Source: an uncultured candidate division Zixibacteria bacterium
GTDB lineage: Bacteria; Zixibacteria; MSB-5A5; UBA10806; 4484-95
Length of the DNA stretch: 64,000 nucleotides
Assembly: GCA_963668625.2 (NCBI GenBank)
Contig: CAXXKA010000001.1
Location: 160,001-224,000 of the forward strand
Direction of reading: 5' to 3'
Part shown: piece after piece, positions 28,712-40,144 of the stretch
Position numbering within the stretch: position 1 is the first letter of the stretch
Layout of the letters: the number at the start of each line of letters is the position of its first letter
Translations under genes and position numbers: made by a program
Notes under the pieces: generated by a model
What the model was told of the DNA's origin: nothing
What the model saw: only the letters and a program-made list of their open reading frames with translations
Databases searched by the model: none

Positions 28712-29140
28712 ATGTCCGAGAAAATATTACAATCCCGTAACTGCTTCGTTTGCGGAAGCGAAAATACGCGTGGCCTGATGGTGCCGTTTAACTTTCATGG
28801 CGATCTGGTAACCGCCGAGTTTACACCTTCCCGGTATCACTGTGGTTTCGATGGCGTCGTGCATGGCGGCATACTGTTCGCTCTGGCCGATGAGGCGATG
28901 ATGCATCTGATTCAAGGCAACGAAATTAAAGAGATCACCTCAGAGATTACCATAAGGATGGTCAATTTCGCCAGGGCCGATAGCAGGGTGAATATTGCCG
29001 CCGACTCGCTGCAGGCGGGGAGGCATCTGGTAACCTGTAAAGCAGTCATAAGTAACGATGACGGGATCACGATCTGCAAGGCCACGGGCAAGTTTTTATA
29101 CTATACCGAGGATCAACCTTTTAAAAAGAGCGGTTTATGA
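28712..29140 (+). CDS. PaaI family thioesterase
   Basis: CFVCGSEN..GL, GFDGVVHGGILFALADEAM. Confidence 0.88.
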   Translation: MSEKILQSRNCFVCGSENTRGLMVPFNFHGDLVTAEFTPSRYHCGFDGVVHGGILFALADEAMMHLIQGNEIKEITSEITIRMVNFARADSRVNIAADSLQAGRHLVTCKAVISNDDGITICKATGKFLYYTEDQPFKKSGL

Positions 29141-29892
29141 AAAAGATAACGATTTTATTGATAGCCGTAACGCTGCTGATATCATGTTCGGATGGCAACA
29201 AAACCGGTTATGATCGCCTTAAAGCTACCGGTGTTTTGCTTATCGGCACCGATGCCACCTACCCGCCATTCGAGTACAATGATGATAAAACCGGTGAACT
29301 GGTCGGTTTCGATATCGATCTGATGAAAGCCATCTGCAAGGAGTTGAAAGCCGAGCCGGAATTCATCGTAGTTCCGTTCGGGGGAATCATACCCGGACTT
29401 CGCAGCGCCAAATACGATTGCATCATCTCGGCAATGACAATCACCGCCGAACGCAAACAGGCGGTGAGTTTCACTATACCCTACTATGATGCCGGCCAGA
29501 CTATTTCGGTACCGCTGGATAACCTTACTATCAAGGGTATCGAGGATCTCGAGGGTTTGCGGATAGGCGTACAGCTTGGCACGACCGGCGAGTTGATGGC
29601 AAAAACCATAGAGGATGCCGAGGTGATCAGTTTCAACAATATCGGCGCAGCTTTCATCGATATGGAAAACGGCCGTCTCGATGCGGTTTTAAATGATGCT
29701 CCCACATCGCGGCGGGCTATTAAAGTTAGAGGTAATGCCAAAATCGTCGGCCCGCTGTTGTCATCAGAGCAATACGGAATAGCGGTTGCTCAATCCGAAA
29801 ACAAATTGCTGGGTGAAATAAACAAGGCTCTTCAAAAGCAGATGATAGAGGGTGTCGTGGATTCGTTAAAGGCCTACTGGATCGGGGAATGA
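29137..29892 (+). CDS. Polar amino acid ABC transporter substrate-binding lipoprotein
   Basis: Lipobox LISC, ATYPPFE, GFDIDL, MTITAERK, GVQLGTTG. Confidence 0.93.
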   Translation: MKKITILLIAVTLLISCSDGNKTGYDRLKATGVLLIGTDATYPPFEYNDDKTGELVGFDIDLMKAICKELKAEPEFIVVPFGGIIPGLRSAKYDCIISAMTITAERKQAVSFTIPYYDAGQTISVPLDNLTIKGIEDLEGLRIGVQLGTTGELMAKTIEDAEVISFNNIGAAFIDMENGRLDAVLNDAPTSRRAIKVRGNAKIVGPLLSSEQYGIAVAQSENKLLGEINKALQKQMIEGVVDSLKAYWIGE

Positions 29893-30572
29893 TCTTGGAT
29901 TTTATTTTAGAGCAAGCCCGACTGTTTTACGGTATATTCAAATTCCTCGTCCCAGCGATTCCAGCCACTCTGAAAATCACTTTCCTGAGTTTCTGTTTCG
30001 CCTCGGTACTGGGGCTTTTGACGGCTTTCTCGAGATTAAGCAAGTCGCCGCTACTCAGGTATCCGGCCAAAATCTATATCGATATCGTTCGCGGTGTGCC
30101 GCTTTTAGTTCAGATATTTTTCATCTATTTCGGGTTGGGGAAAATCATCAGCCTCGATCGTTTCGTCGCCGGGGTGGTGGCGATAAGTTTCTGCTATGCC
30201 GCCTATCTGGCGGAGGTGTTCCGAGCCGGTATTCAGGCTATCCCGAAAGGGCAGACCGAAGCGGCGCTCTCACTGGGGATGACAAAGTTTCAGCTCTGGC
30301 GATATATAATCGTGCCGCAGACAATCAGGCTGATAGCTCCGCCGCTGGTTAATGACTTTATCAGTTGCTTAAAAGACAGCTCGCTGGTTTCGATTATCGG
30401 CCTTCGCGAGCTGACCCGCGCCGGCACCGAGTATTACTCGCAGCATTTCGTCGATTTTCAAACCTGGCTATTAGTCGGCTTAATATACCTGGCTATTACG
30501 GTGAGCCTGACCAGATTCTCCTCATACCTGGAACGTAAATACCGCATACCCGGCCTGGGGATACATCACTGA
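29889..30572 (+). CDS. Polar amino acid ABC transporter permease
   Basis: [35 protein letters not shown]. Confidence 0.93.
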   Translation: MILDFILEQARLFYGIFKFLVPAIPATLKITFLSFCFASVLGLLTAFSRLSKSPLLRYPAKIYIDIVRGVPLLVQIFFIYFGLGKIISLDRFVAGVVAISFCYAAYLAEVFRAGIQAIPKGQTEAALSLGMTKFQLWRYIIVPQTIRLIAPPLVNDFISCLKDSSLVSIIGLRELTRAGTEYYSQHFVDFQTWLLVGLIYLAITVSLTRFSSYLERKYRIPGLGIHH

Positions 30573-31303
30573 TGGCCATTATAAATGCATCGCAAGTCAG
30601 TAAATCGTTCAAAGAGAACAAGGCGCTGAACAATGTCTCGTTCGAGATCGAGCCAAGCGAGGTAGTTGTCATTATCGGGCCGTCAGGTTCGGGCAAGTCC
30701 ACGCTTCTAAGGACACTTAACGGACTGGAGTTGATCGATTCGGGAGAGATCACGATTGATGATATTACATTGGATAGCTCCGGTAAGAACGCTCATGAGG
30801 CCCGCTTGAAAATCGGCATGGTGTTCCAGCAGTTCGAACTTTTCGTTCATCTGAAGGTATTGCAGAACTTAATCATCGCGCCGGTAGTTGTAAGCAAGCT
30901 GGAGAAAGCCGAAGCCGAGAAAATCGCCCGGTACTATCTCAAGAAAGTCGGCCTGGAGCATAAATGCGATTCGTATCCCAACGAACTTTCCGGCGGTGAA
31001 AAACAGAGGGCGGCAATCGCCAGGGCATTGTGTATGAAACCCGAAATTATGCTTTTCGATGAGCCGACCTCGGCGCTCGATCCGGAGATGATAGGCGAGG
31101 TTCTGGCAGTGATGCGTCAACTGGCGAACGAGGGAATGACCATGATAACGGTGACTCACGAAATAGGATTCGCCCGTGAGGTTTCCGACAGGATAATATT
31201 CATGGATAAAGGGCAAATAATAGAGCAGGGGCCGACAGGTGAGTTACTCGATAAAGCTAAACATCCCAGAACAACCGAGTTTTTAAGCAGGGTATTAAAA
31301 TGA
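30572..31303 (+). CDS. Polar amino acid ABC transporter ATPase
   Basis: [29 protein letters not shown]. Confidence 0.95.
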   Translation: MAIINASQVSKSFKENKALNNVSFEIEPSEVVVIIGPSGSGKSTLLRTLNGLELIDSGEITIDDITLDSSGKNAHEARLKIGMVFQQFELFVHLKVLQNLIIAPVVVSKLEKAEAEKIARYYLKKVGLEHKCDSYPNELSGGEKQRAAIARALCMKPEIMLFDEPTSALDPEMIGEVLAVMRQLANEGMTMITVTHEIGFAREVSDRIIFMDKGQIIEQGPTGELLDKAKHPRTTEFLSRVLK

Positions 31304-34300
31304 AAAAAGCGATTACGATAATAATTTTGATATTAATTAACATAGCATCAGCCTCGGATTATTTTCAACAGCAGGTCGACTACCGTATCTCGGCCCAACT
31401 CGTCCCCGGCGAAAATATGGTAAAAGGTACCGAGGAGATAGTCTATCATAATAACTCGCGCTCGAAACTCGATACCTTGTATTTTCATTTGTATCTGAAC
31501 GCATTCAAGCCCGGTTCCAATTTCGATACCGAGCTCGACCGTCGTGGCTCTCATCGAATGGCCGACTTTTCGGCTTTCATGCATGGCGGTATGATTATTA
31601 ACCGGATAATGATTAACGATCATGAACCGGATGGATTCATTATCGATGACACGATATTAAAACTGCCGCTTGCCGGTTCGCTTTTGCCGGGTGATTCGCT
31701 GTTATTATATTTCGATTTCGAATCGATCATTCCTGCGCGTGGTTATCGTCTGGGCAGGCGCGGCTCTCATTTCGATGTCGGCCAGTGGTACCCCAAAGCG
31801 GCGGTCTACGATAACTACGGCTGGCATATCAACCAGTTCCAGAGTATGAGCGAGCAATATTCCGATTTCGGCAATTATGATATAAGAGTAACCGCGCCTG
31901 AAAATTATATATTGGCTCATACGGGCAGCCATCTTAATGAAACCGAAGTTTTTGGCGGTATGCTTAAAACCCCGAAAGAGGGCCGGGTGATTTACGATCT
32001 GTTAAACGAGATCGATGATCATAACTCCGCCGCCGGTTTCGATGATTTATTCGATAGCATTATGCTCGATTGGCCGTTTAGAAACCTGACTGACTATAAC
32101 GACGATGAAACGAAAACCTGGATATTCCGGGCGGAGAACGTTCACGATTTCGCGTTTTCGGCCGCTACCGATTTCGTGCTGGATCGGGCGGTCGTTGATG
32201 GCGTAATAGTCGACTGCTACTACAAGAGTAACCACCGGCGTAACTGGAGCCCCCGCGCGATCGATACGGCGGTTGAGGCTATGCGCTATTTCAATAACCT
32301 GGTCGGCCCCTATCCGTACGATCATTACACGCTGGTATCCTCGACCGTATACGGCGGCATCGAATACCCGTCACTTTCGATGGTGATAATGTATGGCGGA
32401 CGAGATATCGATGACCACGGATTCGAAAACGTGATCGCCCATGAACTGGCACATAACTGGTTTTTCGGAGCGATTGCCTCCAACCAGGCCGAACAGGCTT
32501 TCATCGATGAAGGATTTACCACCTACCTGACCACTCGTTTCATCGAGCATAAGTATGGTCGTTACGATAACAACCACAACTATCAGGATAAATGGAAAAA
32601 ACGGCTCGTACCTACCGGCGACTATCGTAACGATATGTTCAAGAATTACGCCGAATCGATATATGAAGGCTATCAGGAGAAATCCAATCAGCCCGCCAAC
32701 CGTTTTAAAACCATGACAACATATCGCAATGCTACCTATAGTAAACCGACATTGCTCGTGTATCATCTTCAATATATTTTAGGCGATGAGAAATTTAACG
32801 AGTTTTTGCATGAGCTATATGCTCGCTATAAATCAAAACATGTTTATCTAGGGGATATCGAAAATTTGGCGACTGAAATTTACGGCGGTAATATACGGTA
32901 CTTTTTCAACCAGTGGTATGATGATACCGCGTATCTCGATTTCGGCTTGAACGGAGTTAAACTCAGGTTAGTCAGCGATCACGGCGTAAACTGGTACCAG
33001 GCGGATTTCAAACTCAAACGTTACGGAAAAGCAATATCGCCACTCGATATCGTAGTTAGTTATGAAAACGGTGAAACCGATACGGTCATGATATCGGAAA
33101 GAGTCTGGGCGGACGGTCGCATCAATTATATACACACGGTCAACTTGCCTTTAAAACCGATCCACGCGGAGTTAAATCCCGATTGCCTCATTCCTGATAT
33201 AAACCGAATGAATAATAATTGGAAATGGCCGAAAGCCAGATTCCAATTCGATACGCCGCGCATTTTTTTCGAGGATGCATATATCGAGCATTACCCGGAA
33301 AGCTACACGTTATACCATCAGCCGAAATTCTGGTATAACGAGGTGGATGGCGTCAAGCCGGGATACTCACTCGATGGCTCCTATCTAGGGGTGAAACACG
33401 ATATGGAAGCGCGAATGGATATCGGTACACTGAGCGGTGAGATAGATTATAACATTCATTATGGCGATATACTTTCCATGAAATATCCCACATTGAGATA
33501 TATAGCAAGCGCCTCTAAACGTGATGGCAGATCGAATCAGGGAGTGGACCTGAGCTACCGTATGCCGGTAACCAACCGCACCTCTACTTTCGAGGCTACT
33601 CTGTCGTTGAACCGCCTCAACTTTTTCGACCGGGACTACCTTGTTTCGCCGTATAGCTGGGAGACCGGGGATATCGTGACATTCGAATTGAACCTGAAAA
33701 GACATCGCGATTACTACCGGATGTCTACCGACTATAGGGCGCATCTCATGAGCGCCGCACCCGGCTCGGAATTCAATTTCAACCGTCTGACACTGGCTTT
33801 CGATTTCAGTGGCGAGCTATCGAGGCATGGTAAAGTATTGGTTGGGTTAATGCATGGTTACAGTGAGGGCGAGGTTCCTGTTTCCCATTTGTTCAATAAC
33901 GCCGGCGCCTCGGCTCTGGATTACTACGGCAATAACTGGTATTCCGCGCGGGGAACATTGCCCGGAGCCTGGTACAGGAACGGCCATCTATTTTTGGATG
34001 ATGGTTTTTCTATGCCGGGGTATCTAAATCGGGGAAACTCCGGCAAGAAAAAACTGGCCGCCAGGATAGAACTCGAATTGGCAAACCCGCTTGTTTATTT
34101 CGATCTGACAGGCAACCCGGTAACCGATCAACTGGCGAAAATTACCAACCGTGTATATGTCAATCACGGCGCTATCTGGAATGATGGCGGATTCCCCGGC
34201 TCGGATGATTTCGATGCCGAGGGTGGATTACATTTTCTCTACGAGTTGCCATATTGGGAGAGGCTGTTCGGCGATCAGAAATTACATCTATACCTGCCGT

Positions 34301-34371
34301 TATTGGTATCCTCGCCATACCAGGATGAGAACACGTTCAAATTTCGTTGGGCTTTGATGATTGCTCGGTAG
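31300..34371 (+). CDS. M1 family metallo-aminopeptidase with C-terminal beta-barrel-like region
   Basis: Signal peptide, YFQQ.VDY, QWYPK, GGIEYP, HELAH...DEGF; beta-rich C-terminal ~350 aa. Confidence 0.88.
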   Translation: MKKAITIIILILINIASASDYFQQQVDYRISAQLVPGENMVKGTEEIVYHNNSRSKLDTLYFHLYLNAFKPGSNFDTELDRRGSHRMADFSAFMHGGMIINRIMINDHEPDGFIIDDTILKLPLAGSLLPGDSLLLYFDFESIIPARGYRLGRRGSHFDVGQWYPKAAVYDNYGWHINQFQSMSEQYSDFGNYDIRVTAPENYILAHTGSHLNETEVFGGMLKTPKEGRVIYDLLNEIDDHNSAAGFDDLFDSIMLDWPFRNLTDYNDDETKTWIFRAENVHDFAFSAATDFVLDRAVVDGVIVDCYYKSNHRRNWSPRAIDTAVEAMRYFNNLVGPYPYDHYTLVSSTVYGGIEYPSLSMVIMYGGRDIDDHGFENVIAHELAHNWFFGAIASNQAEQAFIDEGFTTYLTTRFIEHKYGRYDNNHNYQDKWKKRLVPTGDYRNDMFKNYAESIYEGYQEKSNQPANRFKTMTTYRNATYSKPTLLVYHLQYILGDEKFNEFLHELYARYKSKHVYLGDIENLATEIYGGNIRYFFNQWYDDTAYLDFGLNGVKLRLVSDHGVNWYQADFKLKRYGKAISPLDIVVSYENGETDTVMISERVWADGRINYIHTVNLPLKPIHAELNPDCLIPDINRMNNNWKWPKARFQFDTPRIFFEDAYIEHYPESYTLYHQPKFWYNEVDGVKPGYSLDGSYLGVKHDMEARMDIGTLSGEIDYNIHYGDILSMKYPTLRYIASASKRDGRSNQGVDLSYRMPVTNRTSTFEATLSLNRLNFFDRDYLVSPYSWETGDIVTFELNLKRHRDYYRMSTDYRAHLMSAAPGSEFNFNRLTLAFDFSGELSRHGKVLVGLMHGYSEGEVPVSHLFNNAGASALDYYGNNWYSARGTLPGAWYRNGHLFLDDGFSMPGYLNRGNSGKKKLAARIELELANPLVYFDLTGNPVTDQLAKITNRVYVNHGAIWNDGGFPGSDDFDAEGGLHFLYELPYWERLFGDQKLHLYLPLLVSSPYQDENTFKFRWALMIAR

Positions 34372-34553
34372 TTTCTTGTTAGTGTCAAATTGAAATGCTT
34401 TCATTAGATAATTCAGGTCATTAGTGTCCGGTGTTTTTCGGTAATTATTAAATTTCTCCTTGGAATTGTTAGTGAAAGAATTTTTCCGATATAATTATTA
34501 TATTCAGCGTATTATGCATCCTGATATGTCCTGCCGATGTTAGGCTTAGTTTC

Positions 34554-34651
34554 CTGGTTTCCAAGCGCTGCCTGGAAGCCTTTTTGAGTCATGTAGAGTG
34601 CGCATTCTACAGGCAAAAAAGCCACATTGCGAAGCAGCGCTTCGCAACGAG
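34554..34651. repeat. Dispersed ~98-bp palindromic repeat (REPIN/MITE-like), copy 2
   Basis: CTGGTTTCCAAGCGCTGCCTGGAAGC...TGTAGAGTGCGCATTCTACA...TTGCGAAGCAGCGCTTCGCAACGAG. Confidence 0.75.
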
Positions 34652-35008
34652 ATGGAAAGGCCGGACAGTAGTGAATTCAGGTAAAGAAATATAATTGTGA
34701 CAGCCTCTCCGCGTCTGCCATCTTTTATTTACAGCTATGCCGGTTGGGACACCTTCTGGGTAAGCGAGGATATACCCCAACCACAGCCCCGAGGATTCCG
34801 CCCCGCTCATTGCATATAATAGATGTAAAATGTTTTCTTTAATTAGTATCGTCCAGGTCCATTACTTAAAGGAATATACGAAACTCAGTTAATTTTGCCG
34901 GATGGAATTCTTTCCCTCCGGCGGCTTTACTGGAAGAAATCCCTGATTATCCGCCTAATTAGCCTAATCCCGGAAATATAATTATTTGGTTATAAATGCC
35001 GGTGTTTC

Positions 35009-35037
35009 TTGACTAAAACCTGCTAATATATTACAAT
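35009..35037 (+). promoter_or_regulatory. Sigma-70 promoter of lysS
   Basis: TTGACT-N17-TACAAT. Confidence 0.65.
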
Positions 35038-35060
35038 TACCATCTTAAATTGGAGGTAAT

Positions 35061-36521
35061 TTGGAACAGATACCGGAACATATTCAACACAGATTGGATA
35101 AGCTTAAAGCGCTAAAAGAGATGGGAGTGAATCCCTATCCTTATCGTTATGATAAAACTCATAATTCAATAACGTTAATAGACGATTTCGAGAAGCTCTC
35201 CGAGGAGGGCTCGAAAGTAAAATATGCCGGGCGGTTGATTAGCCTGAGAGGACACGGCAAAACATTGTTTGCCCACGTCATGGATGACGCCGGCAAGGTG
35301 CAAATTTACGCCCGCAAGGATGCCATGGGGGAGAGTTTCGAGATATTCAAGAAACTCGATATCGGCGATTTCGTCGGGATTGAGGGCACGATGTTCAAAA
35401 CCAAGACCGAGGAGATCACGATAAAGGTTGAAATTGTCGAGATATTGGCGAAATCATTACAGCCATTGCCCGAAAAATATCATGGGCTACAGGATAAAGA
35501 GCTTCGCTACCGTCGGCGTTATCTAGATATGATTGCCAATCCCGAGGTTAAGGATGTTTTTATCAAGCGAGCCATGATTACCAAAGAAATTCGCGATTTC
35601 ATGGATCAACGAGGATTCCTGGAGGTCGAAACCCCGGTACTTCAGCCGATATACGGAGGCGCCGCCGCTCGCCCGTTCGTGACTCATCACAACGCACTGG
35701 ATATCGAGTTATACCTTCGTATTGCAGATGAGCTTTATCTCAAACGCCTGATTATCGGCGGTTTCGAGAAAGTCTACGAGATGGCCAAAGACTTTCGCAA
35801 CGAGGGTATGGACAAAAGCCATAACCCGGAATTCACCATGCTGGAGTTCTACTGGGCTTACGCCGACTACAACGATTTGATGGAGATGCTCGAGGAGATG
35901 TACCGCGAACTGGCGCGTAAAGTAACCGGCTCACTTCAGGTAAAATTCGGAGAACATACTATCGATTTCGAGAAACCGTTCGCCCGCTTGCCGTATTTCC
36001 AGGGCATTAACGAGGCCTGTGGTTGTGATGTGGCTACTCTCGATGAGGCTGCTTTGAAAGAGCTGTGCAAAAAACACGGCATCGATGCTTCGAAATTCAA
36101 AGGTAACGGCGATTACTATGACGCGATGTTCGAGCATTTCGTCGAACCCAAACTTATCCAGCCGACATTCCTGATCGATTTCCCTAAAGAGATTTCACCG
36201 CTGGCTAAGGTTCATCGCGAAAACCCCAAACTGGCCGAGCGATTCGAGCTGTTTATTTGTGGATTCGAATTCGGCAACGCTTTTACCGAGCTTAACGATC
36301 CCCAGGATCAGCGCAACCGTATGGAGGCGCAATCGAAACTGATCGATCGAGGGCATGAGGAAGCGCAGCCGGTGGATGAGGATTTCATATTCGCCATGGA
36401 ACACGGTATGCCGCCGACCGCCGGTTATGGTGTTGGAATAGATCGTGTGGTTATGCTCCTGACTGATTCACTCTCAATCCGAGATATTATTCTTTTCCCA
36501 ACTATGAAACCGGAGGAATAA
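35061..36521 (+). CDS. lysS: Lysine--tRNA ligase (class II)
   Basis: PLPEKYHGL, RYRRRYLD, FLEVETP, GGAAARPF, FRNEG...HNPEFT, GMPPTAG.G.GIDR; GGAGG + TTG start. Confidence 0.97.
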   Translation: MEQIPEHIQHRLDKLKALKEMGVNPYPYRYDKTHNSITLIDDFEKLSEEGSKVKYAGRLISLRGHGKTLFAHVMDDAGKVQIYARKDAMGESFEIFKKLDIGDFVGIEGTMFKTKTEEITIKVEIVEILAKSLQPLPEKYHGLQDKELRYRRRYLDMIANPEVKDVFIKRAMITKEIRDFMDQRGFLEVETPVLQPIYGGAAARPFVTHHNALDIELYLRIADELYLKRLIIGGFEKVYEMAKDFRNEGMDKSHNPEFTMLEFYWAYADYNDLMEMLEEMYRELARKVTGSLQVKFGEHTIDFEKPFARLPYFQGINEACGCDVATLDEAALKELCKKHGIDASKFKGNGDYYDAMFEHFVEPKLIQPTFLIDFPKEISPLAKVHRENPKLAERFELFICGFEFGNAFTELNDPQDQRNRMEAQSKLIDRGHEEAQPVDEDFIFAMEHGMPPTAGYGVGIDRVVMLLTDSLSIRDIILFPTMKPEE

Positions 36522-36528
36522 CTACTCC

Positions 36529-37758
36529 ATGTCATTTGAATATAATATTGCCAGACGCTACATGAAATCGCGTTATCGCTATAGTATTGTCTCGGTGATA
36601 ACGCTGATTTCCATTCTCGGCGTGGCTATCGGCTCGGCTGCTTTGATAGTCGTATTGTCGGTGATGAACGGATTCGAGGATGAGATCCGGTCGCGAATTA
36701 TCGGCACCGGCTCGGATATAATCATAACTCACGTCACCGGCGACCCTATTCAGGACTGGCAGCAGTTGATGGATACGATTATGACAGCCGAGGGAGTCAC
36801 CGCGGTTGCGCCAACCGTGCAAAGCAAATGCGCCATTGCCAGCAAATACGAATCCGATGGAATCGTAATTCGGGGGATAGTCCCGGAGATGGAGGATAAA
36901 GTATCCCGGGTGCGTGAATACCTGATCACCGAGAATTTTTCGTTCGATACCTCCGATACCGCGGCGGTCGGAATCTGGCTGGGCGCCGGCGTCGCCGACA
37001 GGCTGGGAATCGGTGTTAACGATAAAGTTAAAGTGTTTTCCTTAAGTGATGCCGTTACCAACCTGACAGGCTTGATGCCCAAAGCCCTGGCCTGTAAAGT
37101 GGCCGGGATATTCGAGACAGGCATGTTCGAGTATGATGCCAACCTGGCCTATATGCCGCTCGAGGCCGCCCAGGACCTGTTCAATCTGGATGGCGCGATC
37201 ACCAACATATCGGTAAAAACATATGATATCTACCAGGCCGATAAAATTGCCATCGAGCTGGATAAGATTATCGGATTCAAATACTATTCTACCGATTGGA
37301 AGATTCTCAATCGCAACATATTCTCCTGGATGGAACTGGAGAAATGGGCGAGTTTCATCACCCTGTCACTGATTATCGCGGTGGCCGCATTCAATATCAT
37401 CTCCTCGCTGATTATGGTGGTGCTGGAGAAAAAACGCGATATCGGAGTATTGATATCGCTGGGCATGACGCCCGCCCGAATCAAAAAGATATTTATCTTC
37501 CAGGGTATAACAATTGGGGCAATAGGCTGTATCGGGGGATGCCTTCTGGGATTTATTCTAAGCTACATTCAGTTAAAATTCGGGATTATTTCGTTGCCTG
37601 AGGAGTATTACTTTATAAAGGATTTACCGGTTAAGATGCAGGTGCTCGATTTCGTGTTCGTGTCGCTGGCCGCGTTTACCTTATCCTTTCTGGCAACGCT
37701 CTATCCGGCTACCCGGGCATCCGGCTTGAATCCGGTTGAGGCAATAAAGTATGAATAG
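36529..37758 (+). CDS. lolC: Lipoprotein-releasing ABC permease LolC/E
   Basis: GVAIGSAALIVVLSVMNGF, FETGMFEYD, VAAFNIISSL, YPA.RAS.L.P. Confidence 0.88.
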   Translation: MSFEYNIARRYMKSRYRYSIVSVITLISILGVAIGSAALIVVLSVMNGFEDEIRSRIIGTGSDIIITHVTGDPIQDWQQLMDTIMTAEGVTAVAPTVQSKCAIASKYESDGIVIRGIVPEMEDKVSRVREYLITENFSFDTSDTAAVGIWLGAGVADRLGIGVNDKVKVFSLSDAVTNLTGLMPKALACKVAGIFETGMFEYDANLAYMPLEAAQDLFNLDGAITNISVKTYDIYQADKIAIELDKIIGFKYYSTDWKILNRNIFSWMELEKWASFITLSLIIAVAAFNIISSLIMVVLEKKRDIGVLISLGMTPARIKKIFIFQGITIGAIGCIGGCLLGFILSYIQLKFGIISLPEEYYFIKDLPVKMQVLDFVFVSLAAFTLSFLATLYPATRASGLNPVEAIKYE

Positions 37759-38464
37759 GTTAAACATGGAAGATCATAATACTCAGAAAATCATTTTATC
37801 TGCCGAGAATATATATAAAAGATACACCTCGGAGGGAGAGAATCTCGAGGTGCTCAGAGGGGCTAACTTGGTTTTGACCACAGGCGAGATGGCGGTACTT
37901 TTGGGCGATTCCGGCACCGGCAAATCTACCATGCTTCATATTCTTGGCACTCTTGATAAACCCGAAAGCGGAAAGGTGATATATAAAGGCATTGATGTTA
38001 CAACATTTGACACCCGAAAACTTGCCCGATTTCGCAACCGGGAGGTTGGTTTTGTCTATCAATTCCACCATTTGCTGCCGGAGTTCAGCGCCCTTGAAAA
38101 CGTTATGATGCCTGGGCTTATTGATGGAATGGACAATAAAAGCGCCGGCGATAGAGCAGCCCGATTACTCGATGACGTTGGCCTCTCTCGTCGTGTGAAA
38201 CATTACCCGAGGCAGCTTTCGGGGGGCGAGGCGCAACGAGTTGCGGTTGCCAGGGCGTTATTTAATAAACCCAGGGTGATATATGCCGATGAACCTACTG
38301 GGAACCTTGACATTAAGACAGGCGACCGTTTAATGGAGCTTTTCGAGAAACTTAACCGCGAGTTGGATCAGACATTTTTGATCGCAACTCATAATCAACG
38401 GCTAAGCGATAGAGCGACCCGGAAGTACGTTATTGAGGATGGAGTAATCGAAAGCATCGCATAA
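37751..38464 (+). CDS. lolD: Lipoprotein-releasing ABC ATPase LolD
   Basis: GDSGTGKST, GFVYQFHHLLPEFSALENV, LSGGEAQR, ADEPTGNLD. Confidence 0.92.
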   Translation: MNRLNMEDHNTQKIILSAENIYKRYTSEGENLEVLRGANLVLTTGEMAVLLGDSGTGKSTMLHILGTLDKPESGKVIYKGIDVTTFDTRKLARFRNREVGFVYQFHHLLPEFSALENVMMPGLIDGMDNKSAGDRAARLLDDVGLSRRVKHYPRQLSGGEAQRVAVARALFNKPRVIYADEPTGNLDIKTGDRLMELFEKLNRELDQTFLIATHNQRLSDRATRKYVIEDGVIESIA

Positions 38465-38538
38465 ACTTAGCGATACGAAGACAACTGTGGTGAAACTGTT
38501 TGACAGCTTTTTAAGTTGTTGATAGCAAGAGGTGTTAC

Positions 38539-39066
38539 ATGCTATGCCAGGATTGTAATAAAAAGGATGCCACGATTCATCTGACACAAATTGTCAATAA
38601 TGAAAAAGTGGTTTTGAATCTTTGTAAGAACTGCGCGGAAAAAAGAGGGTTCCATTCGCCTTTCGAGCAGATGCCGTTCCCTCTGGCCGATATAGTTTCA
38701 GGAATGGTAGGGCCGATGATGCCGGAGAGCAAAGGAAAAAAGAAAAAAGAAGCCAAAGGCAATATGAAATGCCCCAATTGTGGCTTGACTTTCAGCGAAT
38801 TCGGAAAGATTGGCCGACTGGGCTGCCCCAATTGCTACACCGCATTCAAACCGGAACTGTCCAACCTTCTGCGAAGAATTCACGGCTCGGCCGATCATCG
38901 CGGCCAAATAGCTGATACACCAGCCGAGGATGCCAAATATCTCCGCGAGGATCAACGCCTGCGCGAGGAACTTCGCAAAGCCATAGAGGACGAGAATTTC
39001 GAGATGGCCGCCGAGTTGAGAGATCGTATCCGTGAACTTACCGGAAAAGCGAAGGGGGATGATTAA
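38539..39066 (+). CDS. mcsA: McsA, protein-arginine kinase activator
   Basis: Four CxxC motifs, GRLGCPNCY, C-terminal UVR domain ENFEMAAELRD. Confidence 0.92.
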   Translation: MLCQDCNKKDATIHLTQIVNNEKVVLNLCKNCAEKRGFHSPFEQMPFPLADIVSGMVGPMMPESKGKKKKEAKGNMKCPNCGLTFSEFGKIGRLGCPNCYTAFKPELSNLLRRIHGSADHRGQIADTPAEDAKYLREDQRLREELRKAIEDENFEMAAELRDRIRELTGKAKGDD

Positions 39067-39068
39067 TC

Positions 39069-40118
39069 ATGTTTGAGGAAATGGCTAAAAAGCCTGCTGC
39101 CTGGCTGACCGGCGAGGGACCCGGTTCTGAAACCGTACTCTCCTCGAGAATCAGGCTGGCCCGCAATATATCAGAATTCAAATTTCCACCATCCGTGGAT
39201 ACCGATACTCGCGACGAGATAGTGGAGTTCGTCCAGACCTCGTTCGAGGCCGCCAGCATTCTCGATAACGGCGGATTTTTCAAATCCAACGATATCAATT
39301 CTCTCGATAGAAATTTCCTGGTGGAAAGACATCTGATTTCGCCCGAGTTCATGAAAGACGGTGGGATCGGACGCGGCGTATTTATCGATAATTCCGAGCA
39401 GCTTTCGATTATGGTAAACGAGGAGGATCATATTCGACTCCAGGTTATATCATCGGGGCTGTCCATGGATAAGTGCTGGGAGATGGCGCGCAATGTCGAC
39501 TCCAAGCTATCGCATAAGATGGATTTTGCTTATGATGATAAATTCGGCCATCTGACATCCTGTCCTACGAATGTCGGTACCGGCTTAAGGGCCTCGATAC
39601 TCATTCATCTCCCCGGACTGGTGCTTACCCGCGAAATCGAACAGGTGATCAACAAGATTTCGAAAGTCGGTCTGGTAGTTCGCGGTTTCTATGGCGAGGG
39701 CACGGATGTTTTAGGCAACCTGTTCCAGATATCCAACCAGACTACTCTTGGCCGCTCCGAGGAGGAGATCATCGATTCGCTGGCTAAAGTGACCGAACAG
39801 ATTATCGAGTGGGAAACCAACGCCCAGGAGAAAATGATGGAGGATGCCGCCGACCAGATCGAGGATAAGGTATGGCGTTCTTATGGCATACTCAAATACG
39901 CCCGGGTACTCAACTCAGGCGAGGTGATGAATTTACTTTCGGCCTTGAGGTTGGGGATTTCTCTTAAACTGATGGATAAAATTAAATTGAAAGATATCAA
40001 CGAGCTGTTGATTATCACTCAACCGGCGCATTTACAAAAATATTACGATAAAGAGATGGATAATGATGAACGCGATATGGTTCGTGCCGAGCTAGTTCGC
40101 GAACGATTGAATGTTTAG
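39069..40118 (+). CDS. mcsB: Protein arginine kinase McsB
   Basis: SSRIRLARN, LVERHLISP, MVNEEDH.RLQ, TSCPTNVGTGLRAS, QISNQ.TLG. Confidence 0.95.
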   Translation: MFEEMAKKPAAWLTGEGPGSETVLSSRIRLARNISEFKFPPSVDTDTRDEIVEFVQTSFEAASILDNGGFFKSNDINSLDRNFLVERHLISPEFMKDGGIGRGVFIDNSEQLSIMVNEEDHIRLQVISSGLSMDKCWEMARNVDSKLSHKMDFAYDDKFGHLTSCPTNVGTGLRASILIHLPGLVLTREIEQVINKISKVGLVVRGFYGEGTDVLGNLFQISNQTTLGRSEEEIIDSLAKVTEQIIEWETNAQEKMMEDAADQIEDKVWRSYGILKYARVLNSGEVMNLLSALRLGISLKLMDKIKLKDINELLIITQPAHLQKYYDKEMDNDERDMVRAELVRERLNV

Positions 40119-40144
40119 CAATATAACTGACTGGGAGATAGATT

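Noticed and set aside
38465-38538. CtsR or HrcA operator upstream of mcsA
   Set aside because: Only a single TTTGACA; no tandem heptads or CIRCE inverted repeat
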